The position numbers were made by a program, and so were the translations under genes. The notes under the pieces are model-generated. The model made no database searches, was not told where the DNA came from, and was given only the letters and a program-made list of their open reading frames with translations. Positions 37,355-50,095 of a stretch of 64,000 bases of DNA are shown here, piece after piece. Each line of letters starts with the position of its first letter. The stretch's first letter is position 1. Source of the stretch: Squalus acanthias (Eukaryota); NCBI GenBank assembly GCA_030390025.1, contig CM059432.1, positions 43,030,001 through 43,094,000 of the forward strand. Reading direction: 5' to 3'.

Positions 37355-38511
37355 CAGTGCCTTGACATTATTTCAGACCAAATGTTGACTGGAATCAACA
37401 TTGGAATTTTCAATGAAACATCTCTGTTGTTCCAACTCCACATTCTGAACTCATTTGTTTTTGATATAAAACATTAATGATTATTGGCAATTGGAGACTT
37501 GGAATGTGAGTACTTGATAGCACCAAAAAGGAAAAATCTACTGCTGTGCATTTTATTTCTATGCACTCATAAATGTAGAATCATTACCCATTTTTAATAT
37601 AAACATTATTAAAAGATTCATTTTCTGATATTAATTTTCCATCACCATCTCAAGCACTGCTGGTAAATCACATAAAGAAACTGCCGAATTCTGCCTTTGT
37701 ATTGATTGACCAGAAACGAGTTTTAGTTGTCTGACATTTTAATCACAAAACTGTTTCATAACTGTTCTCTCATGATTGTGAAACTTCATATAATGCATTT
37801 TTGCTGCAAAAAATTGTATCTGAGCAAACTTTATTAATTTCATATATCAAGTTCAGAGTAGCCATCTGTTCACTCTGTGCTAGCTTCTGCCTCCATCTGT
37901 CCTGCTTCTTTTGCTTCTCTGATGGCAAGGGCTCAGATGATGGGGAAGTTTAGCTCTGACTTTTTATTTGTCACTCATCATAAGCCAGCTGCACGTATTT
38001 AATAAACAGCCTGCTGCAACTGGTGTTGTTGAATTTCAATCTCTACGGCTCTTTATCCTGTAAATAGACTAGGATTCCAGATTGCATGTTGCATACACTG
38101 AGCTCTACTTTACGAGCTCTAATTTGACTGCCACTGCAATCTCATAAATATGGATTAGTCAGTACATGTCCTAGATATTATTAGAAACTGAACTGTACAG
38201 ACGGACCTTGAATTCCAGGTGGGAATCATAATACAAATTGGGAATGCTAGGCGCAATATGCTCATCTTTGCATGAGACGTAGAGAAGTGAAAAATGTAAA
38301 TAAAAATAATTTGTGAAATATAAATATGAAGAATATGGCCAGAAGTGATATTCTAATTAAAATCTTCATACCTCTTCTGGCTTCTTTGTAGTCAACATCG
38401 TAAGTCGAGACCTTTTATCTTATCTTCTCTCACCGCGAACCATAACCTGTTCTATTTATGTTGCATATTTAGAATGTATATTTAAACACAAATTTGTAGC
38501 TGATGTCAGCC

Positions 38512-38755
38512 AGGCTGGCTGTAGGATGCTACAATTAACTGGGTTAAGGAGGGGGGAAATCAGCCTGTTAGCCCATTCCTGATCCCTATCCAGTGATTGG
38601 GTTTGGCCATGATGCTCCCTTGGTTAAATATTCTGTCTACGCTCACTGTCTGGGTTCACATGTGAAGATGCCATTTGGGTAAAGTATGGAGAGCAGCCAG
38701 TACCTGTGAAGTCATACACCAGATTGAGTCACTGCCATGAAGAGAGGAAGGGAGT
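38512..38755 (+). mobile_element. Degraded LF-SINE-like element
   Basis: CTCACTGTCTGGGTTCACATGTGAAGATGCCATTTGGGTAAAGTA resembles the LF-SINE body as recalled; not verified. Confidence 0.5.
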
Positions 38756-39949
38756 TGGAAAAAAAAAGTAATTGCATTCAAGCCATATTTGTTTTTATCA
38801 CCTTACAAAAGTAGAGCTACAAAAATACTGACCATTTCTTAGCCTACACATGTTTTATATATTACAAGAAAAAATAATTTATCTTTAGCTATGTATGTAG
38901 GAAAAAGAACAGCATTATCGATTGGGAATGGTAGGTGCATCTATCCCAGACCACATTGTCATTGGCAACATTTGAGAATGTAACTTTCTGATCGAAAAAA
39001 AAGCCAATTTAAAAAAAAGAAATGAACAGAGACTCTCACATAAATCATTACAGCCTCCATTTGTGCAAACTAGCTATTAGATAGAAATTTAGGGATCAAA
39101 CATTTGTGGCCATAACTGGCAGGAGTGTAGCAGAAGTTCTGCAAATTAGTCCAGGACCATGGCTTTCCCTGCAGTTTCTGCTGGACCCTGTTCGAGATGG
39201 AACCTCCAACCACTTCAAACAAGGTCAGTGGCATAGGAGGGGGTATAGCTCGGAACGGGTTCTCCCAGGCTGGGGTTTCCACGGTGGTGGTCTGGTAAAG
39301 CCGATACGCCTAGCGAAAGTTGGCATATCAGCCACCGGAATGGTACATGTAAGGCCCATTTAAGGGTCCAGGCCTTGATTGTCACCTGGAAACCTGTATA
39401 GGGCAGGTAGAATTTTAAGATTAAGGGGTCCAAATGGTATCTTTGTAAGGGGAGGAGGCACTGCCCTGGACTTGGTACACTTGGCCTAGGACATGGATGC
39501 CATCCCCATACCCCACAAACCTTGGCAGGGTTAGCACCAAATGTGACAGTTGGCACATCTACCACATACACCAGGAAGCTGGGGTGCAGATTTTAAGCCT
39601 CATCGTGTCTAATTCTGATTGTTTCAGGTGTGATGGTGAATTATGATTACTCCATATTTGTTAAGCTTCAGTTCAATGGATATTGGAACTGTGTACTTTG
39701 CTGTAGACAGTTTAAAATGTGACCAACCTTTAAAGAATTATTTATTTTGCTCAGTCGTATTCATTTTTGTCTGAGCCAAATTCAGCTTTTCTGGATTCTT
39801 CTAATTTATTCTCAAAATCAGCACTGTTTTGTTCTCTATCAGTGACAGATTATATTCAGCAAGTGATTCCTTAAAATCATATATTTGGAGCTTTGAGAAA
39901 GATTTCTTCTCTAGTGCTAACATCAGCATGAGGACCTTGGTAAAAAGAA

Positions 39950-40048
39950 AGACTTGCATTTATATAGCGCCTTTCACGACCACTGGACGTTTCAAAGCGC
40001 TTTACAGCCAATGAAGTACTTTTGGAGTGTAGTCACTGTTGTAATGTG
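39950..40048 (-). mobile_element. DeuSINE-type 3' tail fragment
   Basis: rc reads CATTGGCTGTAAAGCGCTTTG...GTCGTGAAAGGCGCTATATAAATGCAAGT. Confidence 0.7.
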
Positions 40049-40455
40049 GTACATTTATTTACTGGTGGAAAGTGAAATAACCACCATCAAATGGGTCTGC
40101 AGAAACATTTGGCACGCTTCTATGATGCTAGCATTCTATTTTGGTTGGAACATGGGAGGAAGAAAGAGGTAAAAATGAAGCAGGAAGCTAAAATAATGAA
40201 TCAACCCTATACCTGCAATGGGCTAAATTAAAAATATTTAAATATTCCAAAGTGCTCAAAGACGTGCCAGAATGTATGGTCTGCAATTTAGTTTTTCTAA
40301 CATGAGATTGGTGGATTGGCACCACCAATCTCATTATATGTTGGGAAAAACCAACTGCCCCATGAGAAATATTAACAGTGTAATACTTAGCATATAATTA
40401 TAGTACAACTTTATATTTTCAGTGATGTGGAAGTTCCAATATAGGTCCCAACCTA

Positions 40456-43215
40456 ACTCAATATTCAGGAAGGACAGGCAAAAAGGGAAAGGAGGTGGGG
40501 TAGCATTGCTGGTTAAAGTGGAGATTAACACAATAGTAAGGAACGATATTAGCTCTGATGATGTGGAATCTGTATGGGTAGAGCTGAGAAATACCAAGAG
40601 GCAGAAAACGTTAGTGGGAGTTGTATACAGACCCCCAAACAGTAATGCTGAGGTTGGGGATGGAATTAAATGGGAAATTAGAGACGCGTGCAATAAGGGC
40701 ACAGCAGTTATCATGGGTGACATTAATCTACATATAGATTGGGCTAACCAAATTAGTAACAATACTGTGAAGGAGGAATTCCTAGAGTTTATACGGGATG
40801 GTTTCCTGGACCAATATGTCGAGGAACCAACTAGAGATCAGGTCATCTTAGACTGGGTGTTATGTAATGAGAAAGGATTAATTAGCAATCTTGTTGTGCA
40901 AGGCCCCTTGGGAGAGAGCGATCATAACATGATAGAATTCTTCATTAAGATGGAGAGTGAAGTAGTTGACTCAGAGACTAGGGTCCTGAATTTAAATAAA
41001 GGAAACTACGATGGTACGAGGCGCGAGTTGGCTAGGATGGATTGGGATGCATTACTTAAAAGGTTGACGGTGGATAGGCAATGGCAAACATTTAAAGATC
41101 GCATGGATGAACTACAGAATTTGTTCATCCCTGTTTGGCATAAAAATAAAACAAAACAGGTGACTCAACCGTGGCTAACAAGGGAAATTAGGGATAGCAT
41201 AAGATCCAAGGAGAGGACATATAAATTGGCCAGAAAAAGCAGCAAACCTGAGGATTGGGAGCAGTTTAGGATTCAGCAAAGGAGGACAAAGGGATTAATT
41301 AAGAGGGGGAAAATAGAATATGAGAGTAAGTTTGCAGGGAACATAAAAACTGACTTAAAAGCTTCTATAGATATGTGAAGAGAAAAAGATTGGTGAAGTC
41401 AAGCGTAGGTCCCTTGCAGTCAGAATCAGGGGAAATTTATAATGGGGAACAAAGAAATGGCAGACCAATTAAATACATACTTTGGTTCTGTCTTCACAAA
41501 GGAGGACACAAATAACCTCCCAGAGATGTCGGGGAACAGAGGTCTAATGAGAGGGAGGAACTGAAAGAAATCAGTATTTGTAGGGAAATGGGGTTCGGGA
41601 AATTGACGGGATTGAAGGCCAATAAATCCCCAGGGCCTGATAATCTACATCCTAGGGTACTTAAGGAAGTGGCCCTTGAAATAGTAGATGCATTGCTGGT
41701 CATCCTCCAAAATTCTATAGACTCTGGAACAGTTCCCATGGATTGGAGGGTAGCTAATGTAACCCCACTATTTAAAAAAGGTGATAGAGAGAAAACGGGG
41801 AATTATAGACCGGTAAGCCTGACATCGGTAGTGGGCAAAATGCTAGAGTCCATTATAAAAGATGTAATAGCAGAGCACTTGGAAAACAGTGACAGGATCG
41901 GACAAAGTCAACATGGATTTACAAAAGGTAAATCATGCTTGACTAATCTACTGGAATTTTTTGAGGATGTAACTGATAGAATAGATAAGGGAGAACCAGT
42001 GGATGTGGTGTATTTGGACTTTCAGAAGACTTTCGATAAGGTCCCGCATAAGAGATTAGCATGCAAAGTTAAAGCACATGGGATTGGGGGTAAGGTACTG
42101 ACTTGGATAGAGAACTGGTTGGCAGACAGGAAGCAAAGAGTTGGAATAAATGGGTCTTTTTCCGAGTGGCAGGCAGTGGCACTGTGGGGTACCGCAGGGA
42201 TCGGTCCTAGGACCCCAGCTATTCACTATATATATTAATGATCTAGACGAGGGAACTAGATGTAATATCTCCAAGTTTGCAGATGACACAAATCTGGGTG
42301 GGCGTGTGTGCTGTGAGGAGGATGCAGAGAAACTCCAGTATGATTTGGACAGGTTGGGTGATTGGGCAGATGCATGGCAGATGCAGTATAATATGGATAA
42401 ATGCAAGGTTATCCACTTTGGTGCAAAAACAGGAAGACAGATTATTATCTGAATGGCAATAGATTGGGAAAAGGGGAAGTGCAACGAGACCTGGGTGTCC
42501 TTGTGCACCAGTCGCTGAAGGTAAGCATGCAGGTGCAGCAGGTGGTTAAGAAGGCAAATGGTATGTTGGCCTTCATAGCGAGAGAATTCAAGTACAGGAG
42601 CAAGGATGCCGTGCTGCAGTTGTACAGGGCATTGGTGAGACCACACCTTGAGTATTGTGTACAGTTTTGGTCGCCTTATCTGAGGAAGGATGTTCTTGCC
42701 ATGGAGGGAGTGCAGCGAAGATTCACCAGACTGATACCTGGGATGGCAGGAATGACGTATGAAGAGAGATTGGGTCGATTAGGCTTATATTCGCTAGAGT
42801 TTAGAAGAATGAGAGGGGATCTCATTGAAACTTATAAAATTCTACAGACAGACAGACTAGATGCAGGAAGGATGTTCCCGATGGCAGGGGAGTCCAGAAC
42901 CAGGGGTCACAGTCTAACGATAAGGGTTAAGCCATTTAGGACTGAGATGAGGAGGAATTTCTTCACCCAGAGAGTGGTGAACCTGTGGAATTCTCTACCA
43001 CAGAAGGCAGTTGAGGCCAATTCATTAAATATATTCAAGAAGGAGTTAGATATATTTCTTAAGGCTAAAGGGATCAAGGAATATGGGGAGAAAGCAGGGA
43101 CAGGGTACTGAATTTGGATGATCAGCCATGATCTCATTGAAGGGCGGAACAGGCTCGAGGGGCCGAATGGCCTACTCCTGCTCCTATCTTCTCTGATTCT
43201 ATGTTTCTATGTTTC
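40456..43215 (+). mobile_element. CR1 LINE, 5'-truncated within APE; ORF2 broken by a few frameshifts
   Basis: ORFs 40422..41378 (APE), 41588..42238, 42150..42452 (FADD) and 42401..43111; (TTTCTATG)n tail. Confidence 0.95.
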
Positions 43216-44854
43216 AAGGTGTGAGATTGCCTGGAGCTGGGCAGTCTTACCTTACTTGCATTTTGACATCCGATGGAGTCTAACTGAATTGTGATGTCAA
43301 ACTGGGTTTACAAAGTCTATTCGACCTCCTGGATACTTAATACATTTACCTAGACCTTACTTAAATGTATGGAGAGTGTGCTCACTCTTGGCTGCGATCT
43401 TGACATTTAAAATTTAACATCCTGGAATGAAGCTCTGCAAGCTTGCATTTGAAGAGCTGTCTCCTGAATCTGACTGTCTGGATTACAGCCAGGAAGTAGC
43501 AGAAAGCAAGTTACTGCCTGATGCGATTGGACACTGTAGCTCCCTTCTTGATATTGTTAGCTACAGTAAAACTGTGCCAGAAAAACATTGTGGTAACTGT
43601 GTTCATATTTTGTTTTTGTAACAAAGGAATGCATAATATTTGCACCATAAATACGTGGATGTTTCAGCATAACTTCAATGGGAGTCTGCCAGAATGGACT
43701 GAAACTAGGCTGGATCCAGACCTTTGATTGAAATTTCCTCAATGGCCTGTGGGGAGTGGAGCCTTCACACACTCTAAACTTGGCCATCGGCGTAGGAGGG
43801 GGCCGGGGGGGCAGGTCCAGGGACTCCTTGCTTCAAGAGATTTCACATCCAAGGCCCTCAGAGGTACATCTGGTCAAGTATACTGACCAACCATACACAT
43901 AAGTAGGAATCACCTGGGGGCACAGGCCAGGATCATGATCTGGACCTCTTAAGAATAATAGTTTTTCTGTAGAAAAATTATTCTACAGCGGCTCCCCTGA
44001 ACAGGCACTTTTTGCTCGGACTTTTTGACCTCTTTAGCAGATGCCCTAGATGCGTCATTAGAGGCATGGGTGCCTGCCATTAGCAGCCAAATTAGGGAAT
44101 CTCCCATCGATTCCAGGAGGTCCACCAGGGTCAGCAGCAGAGGTTCTTGGTGGGCGCAGCTCGCCTTGACCGGATGCACCTCACTTTACTTTTAGCAGTT
44201 TTTCATATATTATAACTTTGTTTTTCATCAGCGAGCAACGCCAGATAATTCTTCTTTATTTTCCTTACATAATTGTTTTTATAAATTTACAAAGCATTAT
44301 ATTATGAGTGATGCTGATGCTTCTGTACCAAACTTTAAAATTGTATCTTCGCTGTTGAAACATTTTCAAAATTTCATGTCAACTTGAAATGATGCATCTG
44401 GGGTGCAAGAGCACGGGTCATAGGATCTACAGTGATTGGTCTCTGAAGAGCAGTGGGAGGAAATTTGGAATGGGCACATCTGGTATCCATCCACCAAGGA
44501 CAGTCAACTTAAATGAATCTATTTCTTCTATCTTTACCTTATTTGGTTTTAAGCCATATTTGCTTGCATGTATCTTTTCTCTACTCAAACAACTGCGGTA
44601 AGCAGGGGTCTTCGTACCATATATTTTAGAGCACTATGAAGATCAAACCTTTTGGCAAAGGAGGTTGGCAAGTATCCAGGAAACCACAGGGGAGAAGTTC
44701 CTTCTGTTGGGGCTGCCTCTACGGGAGGTTGTAACCAACAAATCCTGAAAGCTGATTCAACTAATGTTGATGATGGCACGCAGGTGCATTCCTGGCAGAT
44801 GGAGGAATGAGAATTTCCACCCCCAACGATAAACATTTGTCTCTGTGCACTTAC

Positions 44855-44968
44855 GGAGATTGCCACAATAGAGAACATCACACATTCTTTGCCCTTGAGA
44901 CAGAATATGCTTTTTTTTAGAAAATTGTCTGCTTTTCAGGTCACGGTGAAAGTACAAATCATAGTCAA
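44855..44968 (-). CDS. Candidate internal host exon (114 nt, phase 1-1): xDYDLYFHRDLKSRQFSKKKHILSQGQRMCDVLYCGNL
   Basis: Acceptor CTTCCTTTATCTGTAG, donor GTAAGT, length a multiple of 3, only one open frame, in non-repetitive sequence. Confidence 0.4.
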
Positions 44969-46566
44969 CTACAGATAAAGGAAGCTGTTTGACTTATGAA
45001 TTTTCATTGTTTTAGAGAAAGATTGTAATGGTGGCACATTGGAGTTGGCGTTCCTTATGAAATTGAACCAGCAGTGGGAAGAAGGTTGATAACTTAATAA
45101 CGATGAAACTAAAGGTTGGAGGGAGTCATAAGGGCTGGTTTCAACTGCCGGTGGAGAGCGGTCGGGAGGCCGGCAGTGTGCTCTCGTCGCCCGAACGTTC
45201 TTTGCCAGATGGCACAAGCCATTTCGAGGTTAAGGCCTCATTACAATTCAATTGGGTGCCAAGCGGGAGGGAGGGCGGGAAATCGACTGGCTCTCATGCT
45301 TAACAGACCAACAGTCAAAGCCTGGGGAGGGGGTGAGGGGGTAATCCTGGCAGTGGACCTCGGACGGATCAAAAAGGAGGAGTTTCCTTGCTCCACAGAT
45401 TTTTTTTTAGCTATTTCCTTGGCTTTGTAAGGTAAGGCCGCTCACCACCAGGTACAAATGGACGAAGCGTGCCCAGCGCATGCTCCGCCGATTTGTACCT
45501 CAAAATTGCAATTGGACCCCAATTTGCCTAATTTAATGAGGGTCCCGCTTGATTCAGGTGGGTGTCAGGGCCACCCTTGTAAAGGCCCTAGCCAAAATGG
45601 CGGCAGTCAGGATCGGAGCAGGAACAGGGTAGTAAGTGTAGCACTCCAATTTTAGGGCCACTACTGTCCCGTTACCACCTGGCAGACCAAGTTAAAATCA
45701 GTTCTGTGGTTCTTTGAACTTTAGAGCTCCCACTCACTTTGAAGCTTTAGGGGCTAGCTCTAGAGCCAAAAATAATGAGGAGAAGAGGGTCATGTCTCTT
45801 AAACTTATGGCTGTGAATTTAAAACTGGCACCTTTATCCGGATCAGGGGTATCTGGACAGTTGAAGGGAGTAGATGATATGGATACGCCACAGTGATAGG
45901 AGACGTTGAGGTGTCCACATCCATCTCTTCGGGGTGTAAATTATTTTCTTTCTTTCAGTCTATACTTAGAATCATAGAATCGTACAGCACAGAAGGGGGC
46001 CAGTCAGCCTGTCGTGCCTGTTCCAGCTCTTTGAAAGAACAATTCAATTTAGTCCCACACCCCAGCTTTTTCCCCATAACCCTTCAAATTAGTTCTCTTC
46101 AAATACATGTCTAATTGTCTTTTGAAAGTTCCTATGGAATCTGATTCCACCACCCTTTCAGGTACTGCGTTCCTGATCATAACAACCCTCTGTGTGAAAT
46201 AATTTCTTCTCATTTCCTCTTATCGAATTTTTTTAAATCTATGACCTCTGCTTACCGACCCACTTGCCAGAGGAAACAGTTCCTCCCTACTTGCTCTATC
46301 AAAACCCCTCGTGATTTTGAACACCTCTATCACCTCTCCTCTTAAACTTCTCGGCTCTAAGGAGAACAAACCCAGCTGCTTCAGTCTCTCCACATAACAG
46401 TAGTCCTTCATCCATGGTATCATCCTAGTGAATCTCTTCTGCACCCTCTGTAAGGCCTTGATATCCTTCCTAAAGTGTGGTGCCCAAATTGAACACAAAA
46501 CTCCAGCTGACGCCTAACCAGTGTTTTCTAAAGGTTTAACATAACTTCCTCATTTTTGTACTCTAT

Positions 46567-47583
46567 GGGGGGGAGTTTTAACCCCAAAAATCGGGTGGGT
46601 TTGGGTGGGGTGGGAAGTTAAAGTGGTAGAAATCTGAATCCGGCCCCCAACTTGTCTCCAACTCGCCCACGTTTGGTTTTAACGGAGGTGGAACGGAGGG
46701 CGGGTGGCCAACCCACTCCCAGGAGGCGGCTTGGCACTTTAAATATTATAATGAGGCTGCATGCCTCATTTGGAAGCACCATTTTAAATTTAACTCTGTG
46801 TGGCCAGGTTTCCCAGGCTTTGGGAACCTGACAGCCAAAGGAAGGCGAGGACTGCTGGATCCAGGAAGTAAGTGCCTTTCCACTTACCTACTGGATCCAG
46901 CGTCCCTGCCTCACCAACTCCCCACGATCGAACACCCCCCACGACCCTCCCCACCCGAGGCCTCCAATCTCCCCTATGAGGCCTCCGATCCCCACCCCCA
47001 CAACGTGGCCTCCAACCCCTCCACCCCCCACAAGGCCTCCCATCTCCGATCCCCCTCTGGCCATCCGATTCCTGGACCCGACTCCCCCTTCCGCCCTTTG
47101 ATTCCCTGGCCCCTGATCCTCCTCTGGCCTCTGAATCCTGACCTCTGATTCCCCTTCTGGCCCACCAATCCTGGCCTTCTGACCCTACCCACCCCGCCAC
47201 CCAATCCGAGCCTTCCGACACCCCAACAGCCTTCCGACCACCCCCCGATCTCCAACTCACCCGATGATCCCGGTCTTCCAACCTCTCGCCCTGGCCTTCC
47301 GAGCCCCTCCGATCCTGGCCTTCCAACCCCACCCCTGATCTCGACCTATCCCTCCCTCCTTCTTCTCTGCTCCCCAGCTGCGGCCTGGTGCCGCAGGCCT
47401 ACATGGCTGACAGCCAGCCAGGCTCTCAATCTGGCTGGCTGCAGAGGTGAAACAGAGATAAAAAATGTTCATCAGGCCCAACCATTAAATTCGGCAGGGT
47501 CTGAGGGAGACTCATTCTCCCAGGTTTCCCGACCATAATCCAGTCCCCGCCCCCCCCCCCACCTCCAAGTTAAAATCCTCCCC
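46567..47583. mobile_element. Harbinger-type MITE with a C-rich low-complexity interior
   Basis: Ends GGGGGGGAGTTTTAAC and (rc) GGGGAGGATTTTAAC; TSD TAT restores CR1 TACTCTATGCCTC. Confidence 0.82.
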
Positions 47584-48328
47584 TATGCCTCTATTACTAA
47601 AGACAAGGATCCCATATGCTTTATTAATCGCCTTCTCGACTTGTCCTGCCACCTTCGAAGATTTGTGTACATACACCCCCAAGTCTCTCTGTTCCTGCAC
47701 CCCTTTTCAAATTGTATAATTTAGTTAACATTGCCTCTCCTCGTTCTTCCTACCAAGATGTATCACTTCACCCTTCGCTGCGTTAAATTTCATCTGCCAT
47801 GTGTCTGCCCATTTCACCAGTCTGTCTATGTCCTCCTAAGTTTGTTACTATCCTCCTCATTGTTAACTACATTTCTGAGTTTCATGTCATCTGCAAACTT
47901 TGAAATTATGCCCTGTATACCCAAGTCCAGGTCATTAATATATATCAAAAAGAGCAGTGGCCCAATACCAACCTCTGGAGAACACCACTGCATACTTCCC
48001 TCTGGTGAGAAAAACAACCGTTCATCACTACTCTCTGCTTTCTGTCCCTTAGCCAATTTCACATCCACTTTGCCACTGTCCCTTTAATCCTATGGGCTTT
48101 TATTTTGCAAACAAGTTTATTATGTAGTACTTTATCAAACGCCTTTTGAAAGTCCATATACAGAACATCAACCGCACTATCCTCATCAACCCTCTCCATT
48201 GCTTCATCAAAGAACTTAATCAAGTTAGTCAAACACGATTTGCCTTTAAAAAATCCATGCTGACTTTCATTTATTAGCCCATACTTTTCCAAATGCCAGT
48301 TAATTTTGTCCTGGGTTATTGTCTCTAA

Positions 48329-49144
48329 GGGGGTGATTTTGCTAATGGAGGCGGGACTGCTGCTTGTCGGGTTTTAGTCCCGCCTCCATCGACTTGTGGC
48401 CAACCCACACTATTTTCCCTTGAGTGACCTTGTTAAGCCCGCCCAGCGGGCTTAGCAGGCCAATTAAGGGGAAGCTCTTTACAGAGAACGTCAGCGTATG
48501 ACGTTTCATCTGTCAAAAATTTTTGACAGATAAATTGTCATCGTTAAACAGCTTTGAGAAGCTGTCAAACACTGTTTGTTTGGTGAGTCCTTGTACGCAA
48601 GGCTCACCAAACCTATTTTGTGAGCAGAAAGCAGATGGCTGTTGCATCGGAGAATGCAGCAGCCATTCTGTCATCTCTGCCATTGAGATGCCGGAGCCAT
48701 CGCATCCCCAACGATTGAAGCCTGCAGGAAGAAACAAAGGTAAGGAAACTTTTTGTATCACTTTTCACTCATCTCACATACTTACCTCTCCACACTTGCA
48801 CCCATCACTCACCTCCACAGCGCACTTTTGGACCCCTCCGACCCCCGCAGACCCACTGCTTGCCTCACTGACCCTGGCGGGGTTTCCTGACGTCGGGAAG
48901 CCCGCACCTCTGATGGAAAAATGGGGATAATCCTCTTAACTACCTGTTAACAGGCAGTTAAGTGGCTATAATCCCCTTCCCGCCCCCAGGAGACGGGAAC
49001 CTGGCGCGGGTCAGGTACCCACCTCCTGGGAAGATGGCACGGAGGCGGGTTGTGGGTGGGATGGGTACCCACCCCCAGATTCTGCCATTTTCCCGGCAGT
49101 CCCGCTTCCAAACCCGCCTCCCCAGGGCTGACAAAATCGCCTCC
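48329..49144. mobile_element. Harbinger-type MITE
   Basis: Ends GGGGGTGATTTTG and (rc) GGAGGCGATTTTG; TSD TAA. Confidence 0.82.
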
Positions 49145-49421
49145 TAAATGTTTCCCCACCACCGACGTTAAGCTGACTGGCCTGTAATTGCCAGCTTTAT
49201 TCCTCTCCCCTTTTTTGAATAGGGATGTAACATTTGCTATCCCCCAGTCCTCTGGCACCACCCTCATATCAATGAAGGATTGGAAGATTGTGGCCAAAGC
49301 CTCCGCAATTTCAACCCTTACTTCCCTCAGTAATCTAGGATGCATCCCAGCTGGACTGGAAGACTTTTCAACTTTGTGGACTTCCTCTTTATCTTTTTAT
49401 TCTGTGCAACATTGCTACTAC

Positions 49422-49634
49422 CTTTGAATTCTCTTCCCCAAAGAGCTGTGGATGCTCAGTTGTTGAGTATATTCAAGGCTGAGATAGATTTTTGGACTCT
49501 AGAGGAATCAAAGGATATGGGGATAGGGCAGGAAAGTGGAGTTGAGGTCAAAGATCAGCCATGATCTTACTGAGACTCGAGGGGCCATATGGCCTACTCC
49601 TGCTCCTAATTCTTATCTTCTTATATTCTTATGT
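49422..49634 (+). mobile_element. Short CR1 3' end inserted antisense into another CR1
   Basis: NSLPQRAVDAQ...GAGGTCAAAGATCAGCCATGATC and TTCTTAT tail; possible TACCT TSD. Confidence 0.8.
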
Positions 49635-49939
49635 ACCTCCTCCTTTGCTGCTACATTGGCAGCATCCTCTTCTCTGGTGAAGACAGATGCAAAGTACTCA
49701 TTTAATACCTCAGCCATGACTTCTGCCTTCTCAAGAATATTTCCATTTTGGTCCCAAATTGACCCTACCCTTCCTTTGACTACCCTTTTACTATTTATAT
49801 GTTTATAAAAGACTTTTGGGTTCCCTTTTATGTTAGCCGCTAATCTATTCTCATATTCTCTCTTTGCCCCTCTTATTTCCTTTTTTATATCTCCTCTGTA
49901 CTTTCTATATTCAGCTTGGTGAATGTACCTGGTCATTCT

Positions 49940-50095
49940 CTCATTGTTGTTTATGGGACCTTACCATGCTCAAATTGGCTGCCATATTTCCCTACATTAC
50001 CACAGTGACTACACTTCAAAAGTGCTTCATTGGCTGTGAAGCACTTTGCGACATCTTGAAGTCATGAAAGGCGCTATATAAATGCAAATTCTTTC
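49940..50095 (+). mobile_element. DeuSINE-type 3' fragment
   Basis: AAATTGGCTGCC...CAGTGACTACACTTCAAAAG...GAAAGGCGCTATATAAATGCAA. Confidence 0.7.

Larger units (their letters stand above)
45967..49936 (-). mobile_element. Degenerate CR1 LINE interrupted by two MITEs and an opposite-strand CR1 tail
   Basis: RT pieces at 46220..46498, 47826..48292 (FADD, DFQKAFDKV), 48947..49345 and 49613..49936; TATGATTC tail at 45967. Confidence 0.9.

Noticed and set aside
43427..43621. Short ORF in unique sequence
   Set aside because: No recognisable domain and no consistent splice signals.
39075..45705. GC-rich patches at about 39075-39600, 43640-44190 and 45100-45705 as further MITEs
   Set aside because: Probably old MITE relics, but I could not establish paired TIRs or TSDs.
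46790..47481. Gly/Arg- or Pro-rich ORFs
   Set aside because: Products of C-rich low-complexity sequence inside a MITE.
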